A program made the translations under genes and the position numbers. A model generated the notes under the pieces. It saw only the letters and a program-made list of their open reading frames with translations, was not told the origin of the DNA and searched no databases. From Botryllus schlosseri (Eukaryota), in the NCBI GenBank assembly GCA_051294905.1, contig CM119375.1:310001-374000 (forward strand): a stretch of DNA of 64,000 nucleotides. Reading direction: 5' to 3'. The first letter of the stretch is position 1; each line of letters opens with the position of its first letter. Below are positions 1 through 10,806 of this stretch, in pieces.

Positions 1-272
1 TGGATATAAAGCTGTATCAGCTGTATCAGCTGTATCACCCTGTGGATATAAAGTTGTATCAGCTGTATCAGCTGTATCACCCTGTGGATATAAAGCTGTA
101 TCAGCTGTATCAGCTGTATCGCCCTGTGGATATAAAGCTGTATCAGCTGTATTAGCTGTATCACCCTGTGGATATAAAGCTGTATCAGCTGTATCACCCT
201 GTGGATATAAAGCTGTATCAGCTGCATCACCCTGTGGATATAAAGCTGTATCAGCTGTATCACCCTGTGGAT
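1..272 (-). repeat. Minisatellite: (GATACAGCT)n blocks separated by a 15-nt TTATATCCACAGGGT spacer; runs off the left edge
   Basis: Directly visible tandem AGCTGTATC units with CACCCTGTGGATATAA spacers; reverse complement of the array at 3352-3707. Confidence 0.95.
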
Positions 273-520
273 TTCCCTACCTGGTACCGAATACCGTACC
301 ACCATTATTGCCGTCTGTTAGTTTGTATTTCAGTTGGATGAAGAAATAAAGACTCCGTCTGTCTCTCTGACCAAACCCGGCCTCTTATGGTGCGCAGATA
401 TCAGCCCAACGGATCCTTTGGACCAGTGATCCTCCGAGAACGCCAAATTGTCCCCCTATTAGGCAATCCGTCCTCCTTTACAGCTTTTACAGACAACATA
501 TAATGGATAGATAAAAAAAG

Positions 521-605
521 GAAAGGACGTAGTTTATTTTTGTCCTTGATGCTTTTGCGGCATATACACCGACTCGATACACATACACACGATCTGCGCA
601 TATGA
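521..605 (-). mobile_element. 3' fragment of a tRNA-derived SINE
   Basis: Near-identical to 42555-42640 and to the reverse complement of 50400-50500 (GGACGTAGTTTATTTTTGTCCTTGATG..GCGGCATATACACCGACTC). Confidence 0.75.
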
Positions 606-679
606 ATGTCGGTAATCGGTGTGGATAAAAATGGTCAACTGTATCTTGCATATGTTTGGATTGTTCGCGAAACGCTGGT

Positions 680-1134
680 ATGACCCGTGTGAGCGACCAA
701 TGATTCAATGATCGTGCGATTTACTGAGCCTCCATTGTTCTCTCACAAATAAATTGACTGCAAACGAAATGATCGAAGCTTACAGCTTTTACTTTGTCGT
801 AAACTAGATTATAGTAAAGTAATTTGATAGCAAAATGTTCGTTCATCGGTTCAGAATCAATGACCACTCAATATGTATTTCAGACAGGCAGCAAAATGCA
901 ATGACGTAATCATACCTCGTACTTCGAAAAAGCAGCTTGACTTGAATTGTGACTTGACTCGTGACTTGACTTGACTTGACTTGACTCGACTTAATTGACT
1001 CGAGTCACCTCCAAAAATCGAGTGACTTGACTTGACTCGAGTCACCTTCGAAAATCGATTGTCTTGACTCGAGTCAAAATGCGAAATGGCTCGAAATGAC
1101 TCGTGACTCGAAGGTAGTGACTTACCCAACACTG
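680..1134. mobile_element. Truncated non-autonomous hAT-type element, GACTCGAGTC-subterminal family
   Basis: Right end ACCCAACACTG with dense GACTTGACTCGAGTC repeats; interior matches 51420-51560 and 56440-56600. Confidence 0.75.
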
Positions 1135-1833
1135 ATACATATTAATATAGATCTGCGGCCCGTTATATCAGGCAAGTTGAGAACCCCCGACGACGTGGAA
1201 ATAGGCAGAGTGTGTCCATTCTCCATTGGCAGCATTCATCACAATGAATGTAAAGACAATTCATGGTTTCTAGTGTAACAGATATTCTGACATCTTGGCC
1301 GGGATCAAATTAAATTTCGTTACTTTGTGTTAAAAGCTCTGCTTGCGAGAAACTCTGTTGCGAATAAATATTCGTTGGTGTCTAGCCTAGGGTTACCATA
1401 TTTTGAGGTACGAAAAAGAGCACACGTGGGCGTTCTCCGATGACACTTTCGATTTCTTGAAACAAGAGGGCAAAGAGCCGTGTATGGACTCGTGGGCCTA
1501 CGTGGGCCTGGACGTCTGTGACTGTAGGAGTGTATTAGGTAGAGGTGTAGTATCTGGAGGCTCATATAGTCTAGACCAGTGATTCCCAACCGAGGCCCTG
1601 CGGGCCGCATGCGGCCCCCAGCTAGCTTTCTTGCGGCCCCCACAAAAATATTGAGAAATCTATTTATGAAAAAAAATTATATTTATAAAATACTCTGGCT
1701 TGGCTTGGAGTCTTCAATTAGGATTGCAGGAAAGTTGTGAGTAGACTGCTAAGATTATGTCACTGCTGTTTCAATGCAATGTGCCCTAACTTTCCAGAGT
1801 TTAACGGGCAGTACCTATAGATATAGGTATTGA

Positions 1834-2681
1834 CAGGACCGTAACTGCCGCATCCCAAGCCCCCCAATTGGGATTTTTTTTCGCGCTGCGCGCGATTTCA
1901 AGTTTTCAAGTACCTTAATTATTCGGTACTCTTCGACAAAGATAAAATAGGCAAAGATTTATAGAAGTATAGGCATATCGGCGTTGGCCATTACCGCGCC
2001 ACGACGCACCAAGACATATAAAGGCTTAGGCCATGTAACATGCGACTTCTAGAAGCGTGCCAGAACGATCGGCAGCGAGAAAACCTTGGCCGAAAAGGAC
2101 TGCCCTTACGCTGACCGAAAACTTCGTTATGTATATTCAAAATAGGTATAATTGACCATATTCGCCTAAATGACTGGCGCCGAATGTTCCTGTCTTGGAA
2201 ATCTGAACGTCACGAGACAAATAGGCTACCATCCCGCAGGGAAAAATATAGGCCAGTGAAGAACTACCAATTTGAAATCGTGTGCATATTTTAGTTTAGT
2301 ACGTTTTAGCGATTCTATATTTTTTGATATAGCAGACTGGAGGTCACGAGTGGTCCTACCTTTTCAAACACAACTCACTCGGCTCAACCGGTCAATCTGA
2401 TTACGTGAGCAGAGAGAGGATAAAAATTGATACCAATATATATGCAATTCCCGATTATATTGACCGATTCAATCATGAATTTTATAAATTTTTCGCACTT
2501 CGCGCGATTAGTCGAGAGAAGCTGCCTAAAACGTACACCCGATTTAGATGATAAATAGCGGTAAATAGCCTTCTAGCCTGAGGAGGTCTGGGGGCTTTGA
2601 AGTTCTGTTTATCACCCTATGGGGGCTCACGAGAAACGTTTTTTTTGGGGGGGGGACTGACGAAGTGCTGTTACGGCCCTT
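1834..2681. mobile_element. Non-autonomous hAT element (CAGGACCGTAAC TIR)
   Basis: TIRs CAGGACCGTAAC / GTTACGGCCCTT; perfect 8-bp TSD GGTATTGA at 1826-1833 and 2682-2689; same family at 31383-31861. Confidence 0.85.
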
Positions 2682-3351
2682 GGTATTGATAACTAATTTA
2701 CGGATAGATGTGCAACAAGTGACTAACGATTGAATACGCAGAGATGCGTACTGCTTAGCTGGCAAAAACAGCATACTTTGTAGTCCTATAGCTCGCGACC
2801 CAAGCATCCGTATAATTTGATATGTCGGTGTTTATCGAAAGCAAGTGTCGCACTGATTCCAAAAATACGAGTTGAAATCTCGCCAGGGCAATAAAACTAC
2901 TCCGAAATAGCCAGCAAAGGTTGATTGTTCTGAACAACGGGAGCGCGGCAACACAATGGCCAATGGCGTCAAGCGAATGACCGGAACAATGTCAATTTTC
3001 ATATTTTGGTGACTATTTTGGGTTCCTTTCATTGCCTTGGTATTCGTGCGGCCCCGGACGTACTCTGAAATTCTAAATTTGGCCCCGCCACCGAAAAAGG
3101 TTGGGAACCACTGGTGCTATCTAATTTACATAGTGTAGGACTTACGCAGGACCGTAACTGCCTCACCTCAAACCCCACAATTGGGGGGGGGGGCGAGCTC
3201 GAAGGTGGCAATTCGCGATCATATATTGACCGACTCAATCATGAAATATATAAATTTCTCTTGCTTCGCGCGTTTACGCAAGAAGAGCTGATTCACTAAA
3301 TGTGTGATAGACTACTAGACTATTTCGCGCATCCCAGACATAGTATAGACG

Positions 3352-3707
3352 TGATACAGCTGATACAGGGTCATACAGCTGATACAGCTTTATATCCACA
3401 GGGTGATACAGCTGATACAGATGAAACAGCTGATACAGCTTTATATCCACAGGGTGATACAGCTGATACAGCTGATACAGCTGATACAGCTGATACAGCT
3501 TTATATCCACAGGGTGATACAGCTGATACAGCTGATACAGCTGATACAGCTGATACAGCTTTATATCCACAGGGTGATACAGCTGATACAGCTGATACAG
3601 CTGATACAGCTGATACAGCTTTATATCCACAGGGTGATACAGCTGATACAGCTGATACAGCTGATACAGCTGATACAGCATTATATCCACAGGGCCCGAC
3701 CGGCCCT
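3352..3707 (+). repeat. Minisatellite (GATACAGCT)n with 15-nt spacer, inverted relative to the 1-272 array
   Basis: Tandem 9-mers in blocks of up to about 5 with TTATATCCACAGGGT spacers; ends in the small hairpin CAGGGCCCGACCGGCCCTG. Confidence 0.95.
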
Positions 3708-3727
3708 GTGGTCAGACGGCCAGATCA

Positions 3728-4119
3728 CAGAGATGAGCGGATTTGAAATTTCTATGTCTAATCCAATCCTAATCCGAGCCTTCAAATCCAAATCCTAATT
3801 CATAACTTTTTCTTATTTAAGTCCATGTCCAATCCTAATCCGATTCCAACTGGAAATTCAGAAAAAATACTAATTTATGCAATGGAGGGATTCGAAAATT
3901 TTCTTTCACAACCAACGATTCACTTGATTCAAGATACCATAAGTACATTATTAACTGATCTGAATAAAGTTTGTCGCCATTCGTCACACGACATTTCAAT
4001 CTCCCAGAAAATAGGTAAATCCAATCCAAATCCTAATCCGTTCTGAAAAAAATGTCTAATCCAAATCCAATCCAAATCCTGTTTTTTCAAAACCTAATCC
4101 TAATCCATGCTCATCTCTG
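3728..4119. mobile_element. hAT-type MITE with AATCCT/AATCCA subterminal repeats
   Basis: TIRs CAGAGATGAGC / GCTCATCTCTG; TSD CCAGATCA / CCAGATCG (7/8). Confidence 0.85.
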
Positions 4120-4144
4120 CCAGATCGATATGTCAGGTCGTGGT

Positions 4145-4982
4145 TAGGGCTGGGCAAAATCGAGTACCTGAGTGATTCGATTCTGAATCATGTATTACGC
4201 TTCGAGTCGAGTCGAGTATTCGAGTAACACACCTTATGACGTCACAGCAGAATGTACTATGTCAAAGTTCGAATATGTTCCTTTTATGCCACTACAAATA
4301 ACATAATGCCTGTTATCCGTAACATTAAAGATACTTTGGTATTTTTACGACCATACCGATTTCATTGCATTTCTTGACCATGTTGTAGGATGATCATGAC
4401 TTCGGAAATGTGTTATTTCCAGTAACATTTGCAGCTTATTACTACGTCTCCTATGCTGCGATGCGGCCAATCAAGGTTTCAAGGCTTCTTCAGTGGAAAA
4501 TTAGTATCGAAACTATAATTCCCGTTTATAAATTAACTTTCAGTGGCTCGGAGCGTATAATTTCAGTACTCGAAAAAGTCGTCTTTTACTACTCGACTCG
4601 AATCATGACAATTACTACTCGATTCGAGAGAGAGAGAGAGAGAGAGAGTTCTTTTATTCGTCAACCATGAAATATAGTAAAGGTAATGTCCACAAACATT
4701 CACGTCCAATAGTATACATTTTTTAAATTTTTTCCTCACTATAATTTGCACGGTATAGACTGGGAGACCCGATATGACCGAAGTCTTCTAGGCCGGAGTC
4801 ACCCAAGCATATTGGCAGTATTAATTATAATATGGATCAATTTTTTCTCTCAGTCAAGTAGCACCGCAAAGAGTAACGAAATAAACAAAAGTAAATAAAA
4901 GACAGCAACACTAGTGAAGGACGGTTACCATAGTTTCAGATAGATTCAGATTCGAGTACTCGAATCATTGTGCCCAGCCCTA
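4145..4982. mobile_element. hAT-type MITE (TAGGGCTGGGCA TIR; CGAGTA/TCGAATC subterminal family)
   Basis: TIRs TAGGGCTGGGCA / TGCCCAGCCCTA; perfect TSD GTCGTGGT. Related copies near 11560-12060, 17500-17950, 20005-20390, 20480-20890, 46880-47320 and 48440-48800. Confidence 0.9.
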
Positions 4983-5049
4983 GTCGTGGTACGGTAATCA
5001 TAAGAGCTGAAGCAATAATGAGTGATATCCAATAAATGGTGATGGCATC

Positions 5050-5086
5050 CAGGGATACTAGACTAGAGTCTAGATAGATATCCCTG
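5050..5086. mobile_element. 37-bp palindromic micro-insertion with 8-bp TSD
   Basis: CAGGGATACTAGACTAGAGTCTAGATAGATATCCCTG flanked on both sides by ATGGCATC. Confidence 0.75.
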
Positions 5087-5269
5087 ATGGCATCACTGGT
5101 GTAAATCAACACCTTTGTTTCATATGATTAAATGATACCACACATACTAACCTAGGTTAGATATTTTTGCCACTGCGTCAGTCATTGAAGCAATGATGCA
5201 TGTATTAAGTACATTGTAGTTTCCTGCGCATATTCTCACAAAAACACAGGTTGTCAGTCCAGAGAAGTG

Positions 5270-5392
5270 GTTGCCGTCAAGGTAGGTGTCTGCGTGATCT
5301 TCAAAACTACTCCAATTCGTTTCGACACCTTCCTATCTTTTCATTGTATCGCAGTTTTGTGGTGTTTTGAAATGATGAAAATATTAATAAAC
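5270..5392 (+). mobile_element. 3' tail of CR1/L2-group LINE
   Basis: TTCGACACCTTCCTATCTTTTTCATTGTATCGCAG..GATGAAAATATTAATAAA matches the 3' end of the RT-bearing copy at 53850-53930. Confidence 0.8.
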
Positions 5393-7625
5393 CGATACTC
5401 ACTGCCGCTTCTCTGCACAAAGAATTGCCGACTCCAATCTGCAGAAATAACACACGCCCCAGACACACCTAAATCCCAAACAGAAACGAGCTGGCGAAAA
5501 CATGTCAACAACAGGCCTGTTCTGTTCACTGTTCAATCGCGCAGTTGACGCCGGACGCGCGCTTTCATAGAAAACAATTTCGCCCTCTGTTCTGCTCTGC
5601 AGTTGGTTGGTCTGGTCCGTATCAGCAATCGAATCCATTCATCAAATTGTATATTCACAGCCGGCTCATAGATTTCGAGAGACTAATTCCTAAAATGACA
5701 TCTCTTCACTTTTTGCATTCACCAGACTTGTACAAACCACCAATTTAGTAAAGTGAAGATCAACTACAGGTTAATGAGTACTTCAAGTTGCTGATTTTGA
5801 AAAGTGAGTAGTTCTAGTTCTGAGTATCTCTAGTTTTGATTGCAGATTTAAGACGTAAGTAGTTCTAGTTGCCAAGTTTTGAAAACAAGTAGTTTTAATT
5901 CTAAATGTGTATTTTCAAAATCCAGTAATTTGAGCAAGTCAGTTGCAAGCTCATTCTGAGCTCGATGATTTTATTCAAGTCGAAGCTGACCATTGATAAC
6001 ACCAGCATCCTGACGGCATCACAATCTTCAGATATTTCGAGGCTACCAACATGTTGCAAATAATGAAACAAGGTTTTTATTGTTACAATTAAAACACGAA
6101 TTACATCATCCCATAAATTATTTCTGAGAGTGATCATTACATCACAGTACAAAGAACATATGAAAGAACATCAAAATTAGTCAAGCAAGTGAACAAAAAC
6201 GCGGAAATGTACATCAGTGGCAGAATTGGGTTGCACAGTCTAGACCAGTGGTTCTCAACTGCCAGTCCCTGCCAAATATATTACAACTCAACATCTCAAT
6301 TGCATCCAAGAAGTTGGAAGCTTGTTCATTGAAAAGAGAAATGAAACTACAAACCAGGGTTGTGATGACTCGAGTCGTGATTTTTGTAAATGCGTAAAAT
6401 GACTTGAGTCAATTTTTGTATTGAGTCTTGACTGGAACCAAATCATATAACTCCAGAGTAGGAAGGCCAAGACAGACATTTTATTGTAACTTCGAAGAAT
6501 GGTAAAGTCACCACATTATTGGTAACATTATTGGTAATTGATACTTCGAAAATAAGGCCAAAAACTGTTAGGACTGAGGAAAAAGACGATATTATGAATG
6601 CGGGCCATTCTATATCACTCGAGCAGAGTTGAAAAAAGTGGGTTGAACCGGATTGAACTGAAAACTGAACATAATGACTTGGAGTTGAGTCAAAATACTA
6701 TGGACTCAACCCTCTACTTGCTGACTTGGACTTGACTCGGTGGTGAATGGAAAATGACTCAGCTTGACTAGAGTCAAAACTATAAAAGCGAGATTGATTT
6801 ATTACTCGGAATCTTGCGGCTTGGTTATAACCCTGCTACATAATTTGAATGAAAAGATTTTGAAATTTGGAACTGATTTATTTGCATTGAGTTGTAATAT
6901 AGAGTTTGTGGTTTACAATGGAGTTAAAGTGCGACCCAATGCTGCAAGTGCCGTACTCAACTGTTTAAAAGTAACCTACAACTCATTTAAGACAAGTTGT
7001 ATGTAAAAGCAAGCAGACTTTTCAAACAAAATTCGTTACATTTTGACAGTGCAAATTAGCAACAGCTCGCTGTACAATGGGGATTAGCACACAGCAAAGT
7101 CTAAGTCCTGTTAAAACAGACAGAATAATCAAGTCGAGATAGCGGATTCCAACAGGTAGGATTCGACCTTGCAAAATGCATAAAACTTCAGCAGCACAGC
7201 GCACAACACGTTTAATATCAAAAAGTCAGCATCAAATTTCTTAATAATTTCAAGATTCCATTATTTACTCACGATTTACATCTGCTACATTTAACTAAAT
7301 TACATTTTGGGTTCATTATGATTTTCAAAATTTTACCGGCCCCCCAAGCGAAACAGGTTGAGAACCACCGGTTCAAAATGCATTTAGGAACGACGGGTTC
7401 GGTCATTTGGATTTTAAACGGAGTATGCAGCATAAGAATTAATAAATCCAAAGAATTGCACAAGCGGAATTCTTGAAACAATGTCTTTTGAAGTCCCACG
7501 GACAACAAAGCTTTGTGCAACTCGCAGCTTTGTGCAACTAGCTATAAAATCCACTAGCATCTTCAGGGAAAGGCATCCACAACATCAAAACATGTTCTCC
7601 TCGCAGCACTTTACAATGATTGACT

Positions 7626-8795
7626 TTAACAGACTCCTTCCGCCACCAGCTGTGCTTTGTCTGCCAAAACCACATTCTCGGGAGAAATTTCTTCCACAAT
7701 AGACTCAGAGACGGCTTTATTATCTCCACCAGCGTGATCAACGGAGTTTCCAGACAATGTACGAACTCTTTGCTTATCACCATCAGAGGAACATCCAGAT
7801 AAAGTCCGCGATCGAGCCAAACGTGACATCACGACAGACGGCATGTAACCCAGACCTTGCAGGTAGAAGATAATTGCTTCGCACACTTTGAAAGTTTGTT
7901 CTTCCAGAATCATACCACCCGCATCAGCCATTTTCAGTAACGTCGTGTCAGCGGGATTGAGACGGGAGTTAACTTCGACCACATCTTCCACGAACGGTGA
8001 CATGTCACCCACTAGTAGCAGTGTCGAGCAAGATAATGTGTGTTTAGCCAAATCAGGTTCGTTTGGGTCTAGAGATCGGAAAACGTTGATCTCAGTACGG
8101 CGTTCGTACTCACGAAGTAACAACGCAATATTGTTGCTGTTCATTTTGTTAGTCAAGTATCGACGATGAGACTCGACTAACTCACGATTCGCGAGCTCCA
8201 CTTCTGCCTTTGAGAAATGATGATTTAACAATTGCTCGGTTAAAGGCGTTGCGAAATTAGTCAGTTTCCCGCTAATCCATGGAAAATATCCGACCGTGCC
8301 TCTAGTCGCGTTAACTAGAATCAAACCATCTACGAGAGATGGATTTTTCATTGCAAAACGCATTAGAATATTAGCACCAAGCCCAGATCCCATGCAAATA
8401 GCGCCTTTCATCCCGAATTTTGTGAATACTTTCGGCACCATGTCAGATAGACTCTCTATGGATGGGTAGACGAAATCTTGTGCCAAATCAGGTGCGTTTT
8501 CTTCCATCCCAGGAGCATCGATGTGATAAATGCAGAAACGATCCGAAATCGGCTGCATGGATTCAGATCCGAATAAGGCACTAAAATTCGACACGTGATT
8601 CATCCCAATATCGTGAAATGTAACAAAAGGTCGTTTTCCTCGGGAACCCTGGACCGTGACTTGCAAATCCGCCATGCATGTCATACCGTTTGCGATATAA
8701 GGACTCGGCACGGGGATTGCCCCACCATCGGACGCATTATCTTGCAGCAGCGGCTTCCCTTCGCTGTCCACTTTGACTTCTTGCAATTCCAACAT
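7626..8795 (-). CDS. NDRG: NDRG family protein (NDRG1/3-like, alpha/beta-hydrolase fold), 389 aa, intronless CDS
   Basis: Motifs TFHDIGMNH, YHIDAPG, GLILVN, LLLVGD.SP, KMADAGG; N-terminus MLELQEV..KPLL like NDRG3; C-terminal RxRxxS sites (RSRTLS, RVRTLS). Confidence 0.97.
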   Translation of the reverse strand: MLELQEVKVDSEGKPLLQDNASDGGAIPVPSPYIANGMTCMADLQVTVQGSRGKRPFVTFHDIGMNHVSNFSALFGSESMQPISDRFCIYHIDAPGMEENAPDLAQDFVYPSIESLSDMVPKVFTKFGMKGAICMGSGLGANILMRFAMKNPSLVDGLILVNATRGTVGYFPWISGKLTNFATPLTEQLLNHHFSKAEVELANRELVESHRRYLTNKMNSNNIALLLREYERRTEINVFRSLDPNEPDLAKHTLSCSTLLLVGDMSPFVEDVVEVNSRLNPADTTLLKMADAGGMILEEQTFKVCEAIIFYLQGLGYMPSVVMSRLARSRTLSGCSSDGDKQRVRTLSGNSVDHAGGDNKAVSESIVEEISPENVVLADKAQLVAEGVC

Positions 8796-8861
8796 TATTC
8801 TCGTTATTTCAACAATATTTTAGCTAAAATAATCAAATTGAGTTTGTTAATGCTATCATCA

Positions 8862-8940
8862 TTTCAATTGAAATCACCACAAGACTGGGATACAATGAAA
8901 AGTTAGGAAGGTGTCGAAACGACTTGAAGTAGTCTTTTTA
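8862..8940 (-). mobile_element. CR1/L2-group LINE 3' tail just upstream of NDRG, same strand
   Basis: Reverse complement matches the ACTTCAAGTCGTTTCGACACCTTCC..TTTCATTGTATC family tail. Confidence 0.75.
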
Positions 8941-9477
8941 ATCCTATAGCCTACCCACTTGGGCTGAGACCAGCAGTTGTCAACCTGCAGTCCACTTTAG
9001 CAGCCCGCAGGCTAGTTTCCAGGGCTACATGAAAGGCCAACGTTGTAACTACAACTATAAAACTAAACTGTTATTTATCAGATCTGTCGCTAATTTAGAC
9101 ATATGTCTCTATTCTATCTTATTTCCAGCACTCACAGCCAGACTCGGACAACTAGATAATTGTAGTTGTCTAATTAGACTGATTAGAACGAAATGACGGT
9201 AATTAGATTCTAATATCATTTGTGAAATGTTTCTATGCTCACATTTCCTGAAAATATCACAGGAGAACTGTAACATGCGAAACAAGTCGAGCTCAGCGTA
9301 CAAACATTTGCCATTCTCGTGCTTATGAGGATCAACTCTGATATGATATGAACTGAGCTTGATTCAATTTCCAAGTTTTCGCAAATGCAGCAATTCTAAT
9401 TCTAATCTAATTTGGTACACCGTAACATTTTCTAGTTACCCAAATCTAGTTGCACAACAAGTCACCATAGCCACGCA

Positions 9478-10806
9478 CAGGCGCGTATCCAGAGCGCGAA
9501 AAAGGGGGGAGGGGGTTTTGCGTTACGAAATGATCTATTGTGACGTCATGATTACGATCACTCGTCTCCACGCCATGGCGAATATTTAATACATTATAGT
9601 TTAATAATAAACAGAGATTTGCGGTGAGTGGGAGATGTACGAATACGATACGGCCAATGCCTGAAAATCGCGTTTCTTTTACGGTATGATTAAAAGAAAT
9701 TCGTAAATGCTCACATTTAGTCATGAGCCGGCAAACGCCGCCGGTCTTCAAGCGCCTAGTTCCGGTCAGAGATGCGCGATTTTGTTGGGTTTTGACGATA
9801 TTATGCGCACGGTCGGTAGTATCGCAGCGGACGAACAAGCGCGGAATAGGGCGGTAGCATAAACGAGGACGATCGCGATCGCCACAGAGAGGTGTGGTGT
9901 GAACAGTGTACGTCGTACACGAATGTGTGCTTTTCGATGGCTTTACTAGCCATACGGCTGAGCGTGTAGTGCGCGCGAAGATAATTAGACCTTAATTGCA
10001 AGCACGCAAGTCAGTCAACTAATACAGAGTACACACTGGGATAATAACTTGATCGACAGAGAAACTTGTCAGCCGATATAATTAGGTTAACTTTACTACT
10101 AGGCCTACTCAATTCTCCCGTTCAGCGACAGCACAGGCCTGTATTTGGACGACAGCAAGCCACCTAACAATCGGGAACGTGGATTGCTAGGCTTGTATTT
10201 TGAAATGTGAATGTCAATCCTAGGCCATTTCTCGCCAATAATCGCGAATACAATGTGGATTTGAGAATAGCATTGTCGTACTGGTGCCGTCGTGTCTGCG
10301 TCTCGCTGATCAATCAACACGCCGCGTGCAATTCTTAATTAGGATTTCAAGGCGAGCAGGTGCAGCGAATTCGCGAGCGATGTTGATTGCCGACAACTTC
10401 GTCTTTGCAATTACGTATCGCGTCGGCCAATTAAGATTAGATTTTCCAAAAATGGGTCTCTCGTTTTAGCAAGGCGAGAGAGAAATCGAGGGAAGAAAGT
10501 TGAGAACGTCAGCAATTGCCACAGCTGAAATGTAGCTGAACAAGCGCAGAATGCGTATGGAATTAGCGAATTATAATGACCTATTTTTTCCTTTCGACTA
10601 ATTCGGCGCATAATTCCAATATTTTGTAGGGGTGTTAGTCCCCTTAAATAACATTAAGACTCCATATTCGCCTTATCATACGTAAAAACGAATATGTTAA
10701 ACTAATAAATTAGCAAATATTAGAGGCTATATTTGACATCAATTTTTAGGATTTTGAAAAGGGGGGGGTCCCGACCCCCTAAACCCCCCCCCTGGATACG
10801 CCACTG
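9478..10806. mobile_element. 1.3-kb non-autonomous hAT element
   Basis: TIRs CAGG-CGCGTATCCAG / CTGGATACGCCACTG with G/C-run subtermini; TSD GCCACGCA / GCCTCGCA (7/8). Confidence 0.8.

Noticed and set aside
1-3707. Repeat-spacer pattern as a CRISPR array
   Set aside because: Spacers are identical and repeat blocks vary in number; no cas genes; eukaryotic context.
3274-3798. ORFs 3274-3690 (-) and 3403-3798 (+)
   Set aside because: By-products of a stop-free 9-mer satellite read in different frames.
8796-8825. N-terminal extension of NDRG through an upstream coding exon
   Set aside because: An in-frame TAA follows the acceptor directly, so the annotated ATG is the start.
7888-8906. Plus-strand ORFs 7888-8169 and 8595-8906
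   Set aside because: Antisense shadows of the NDRG CDS.
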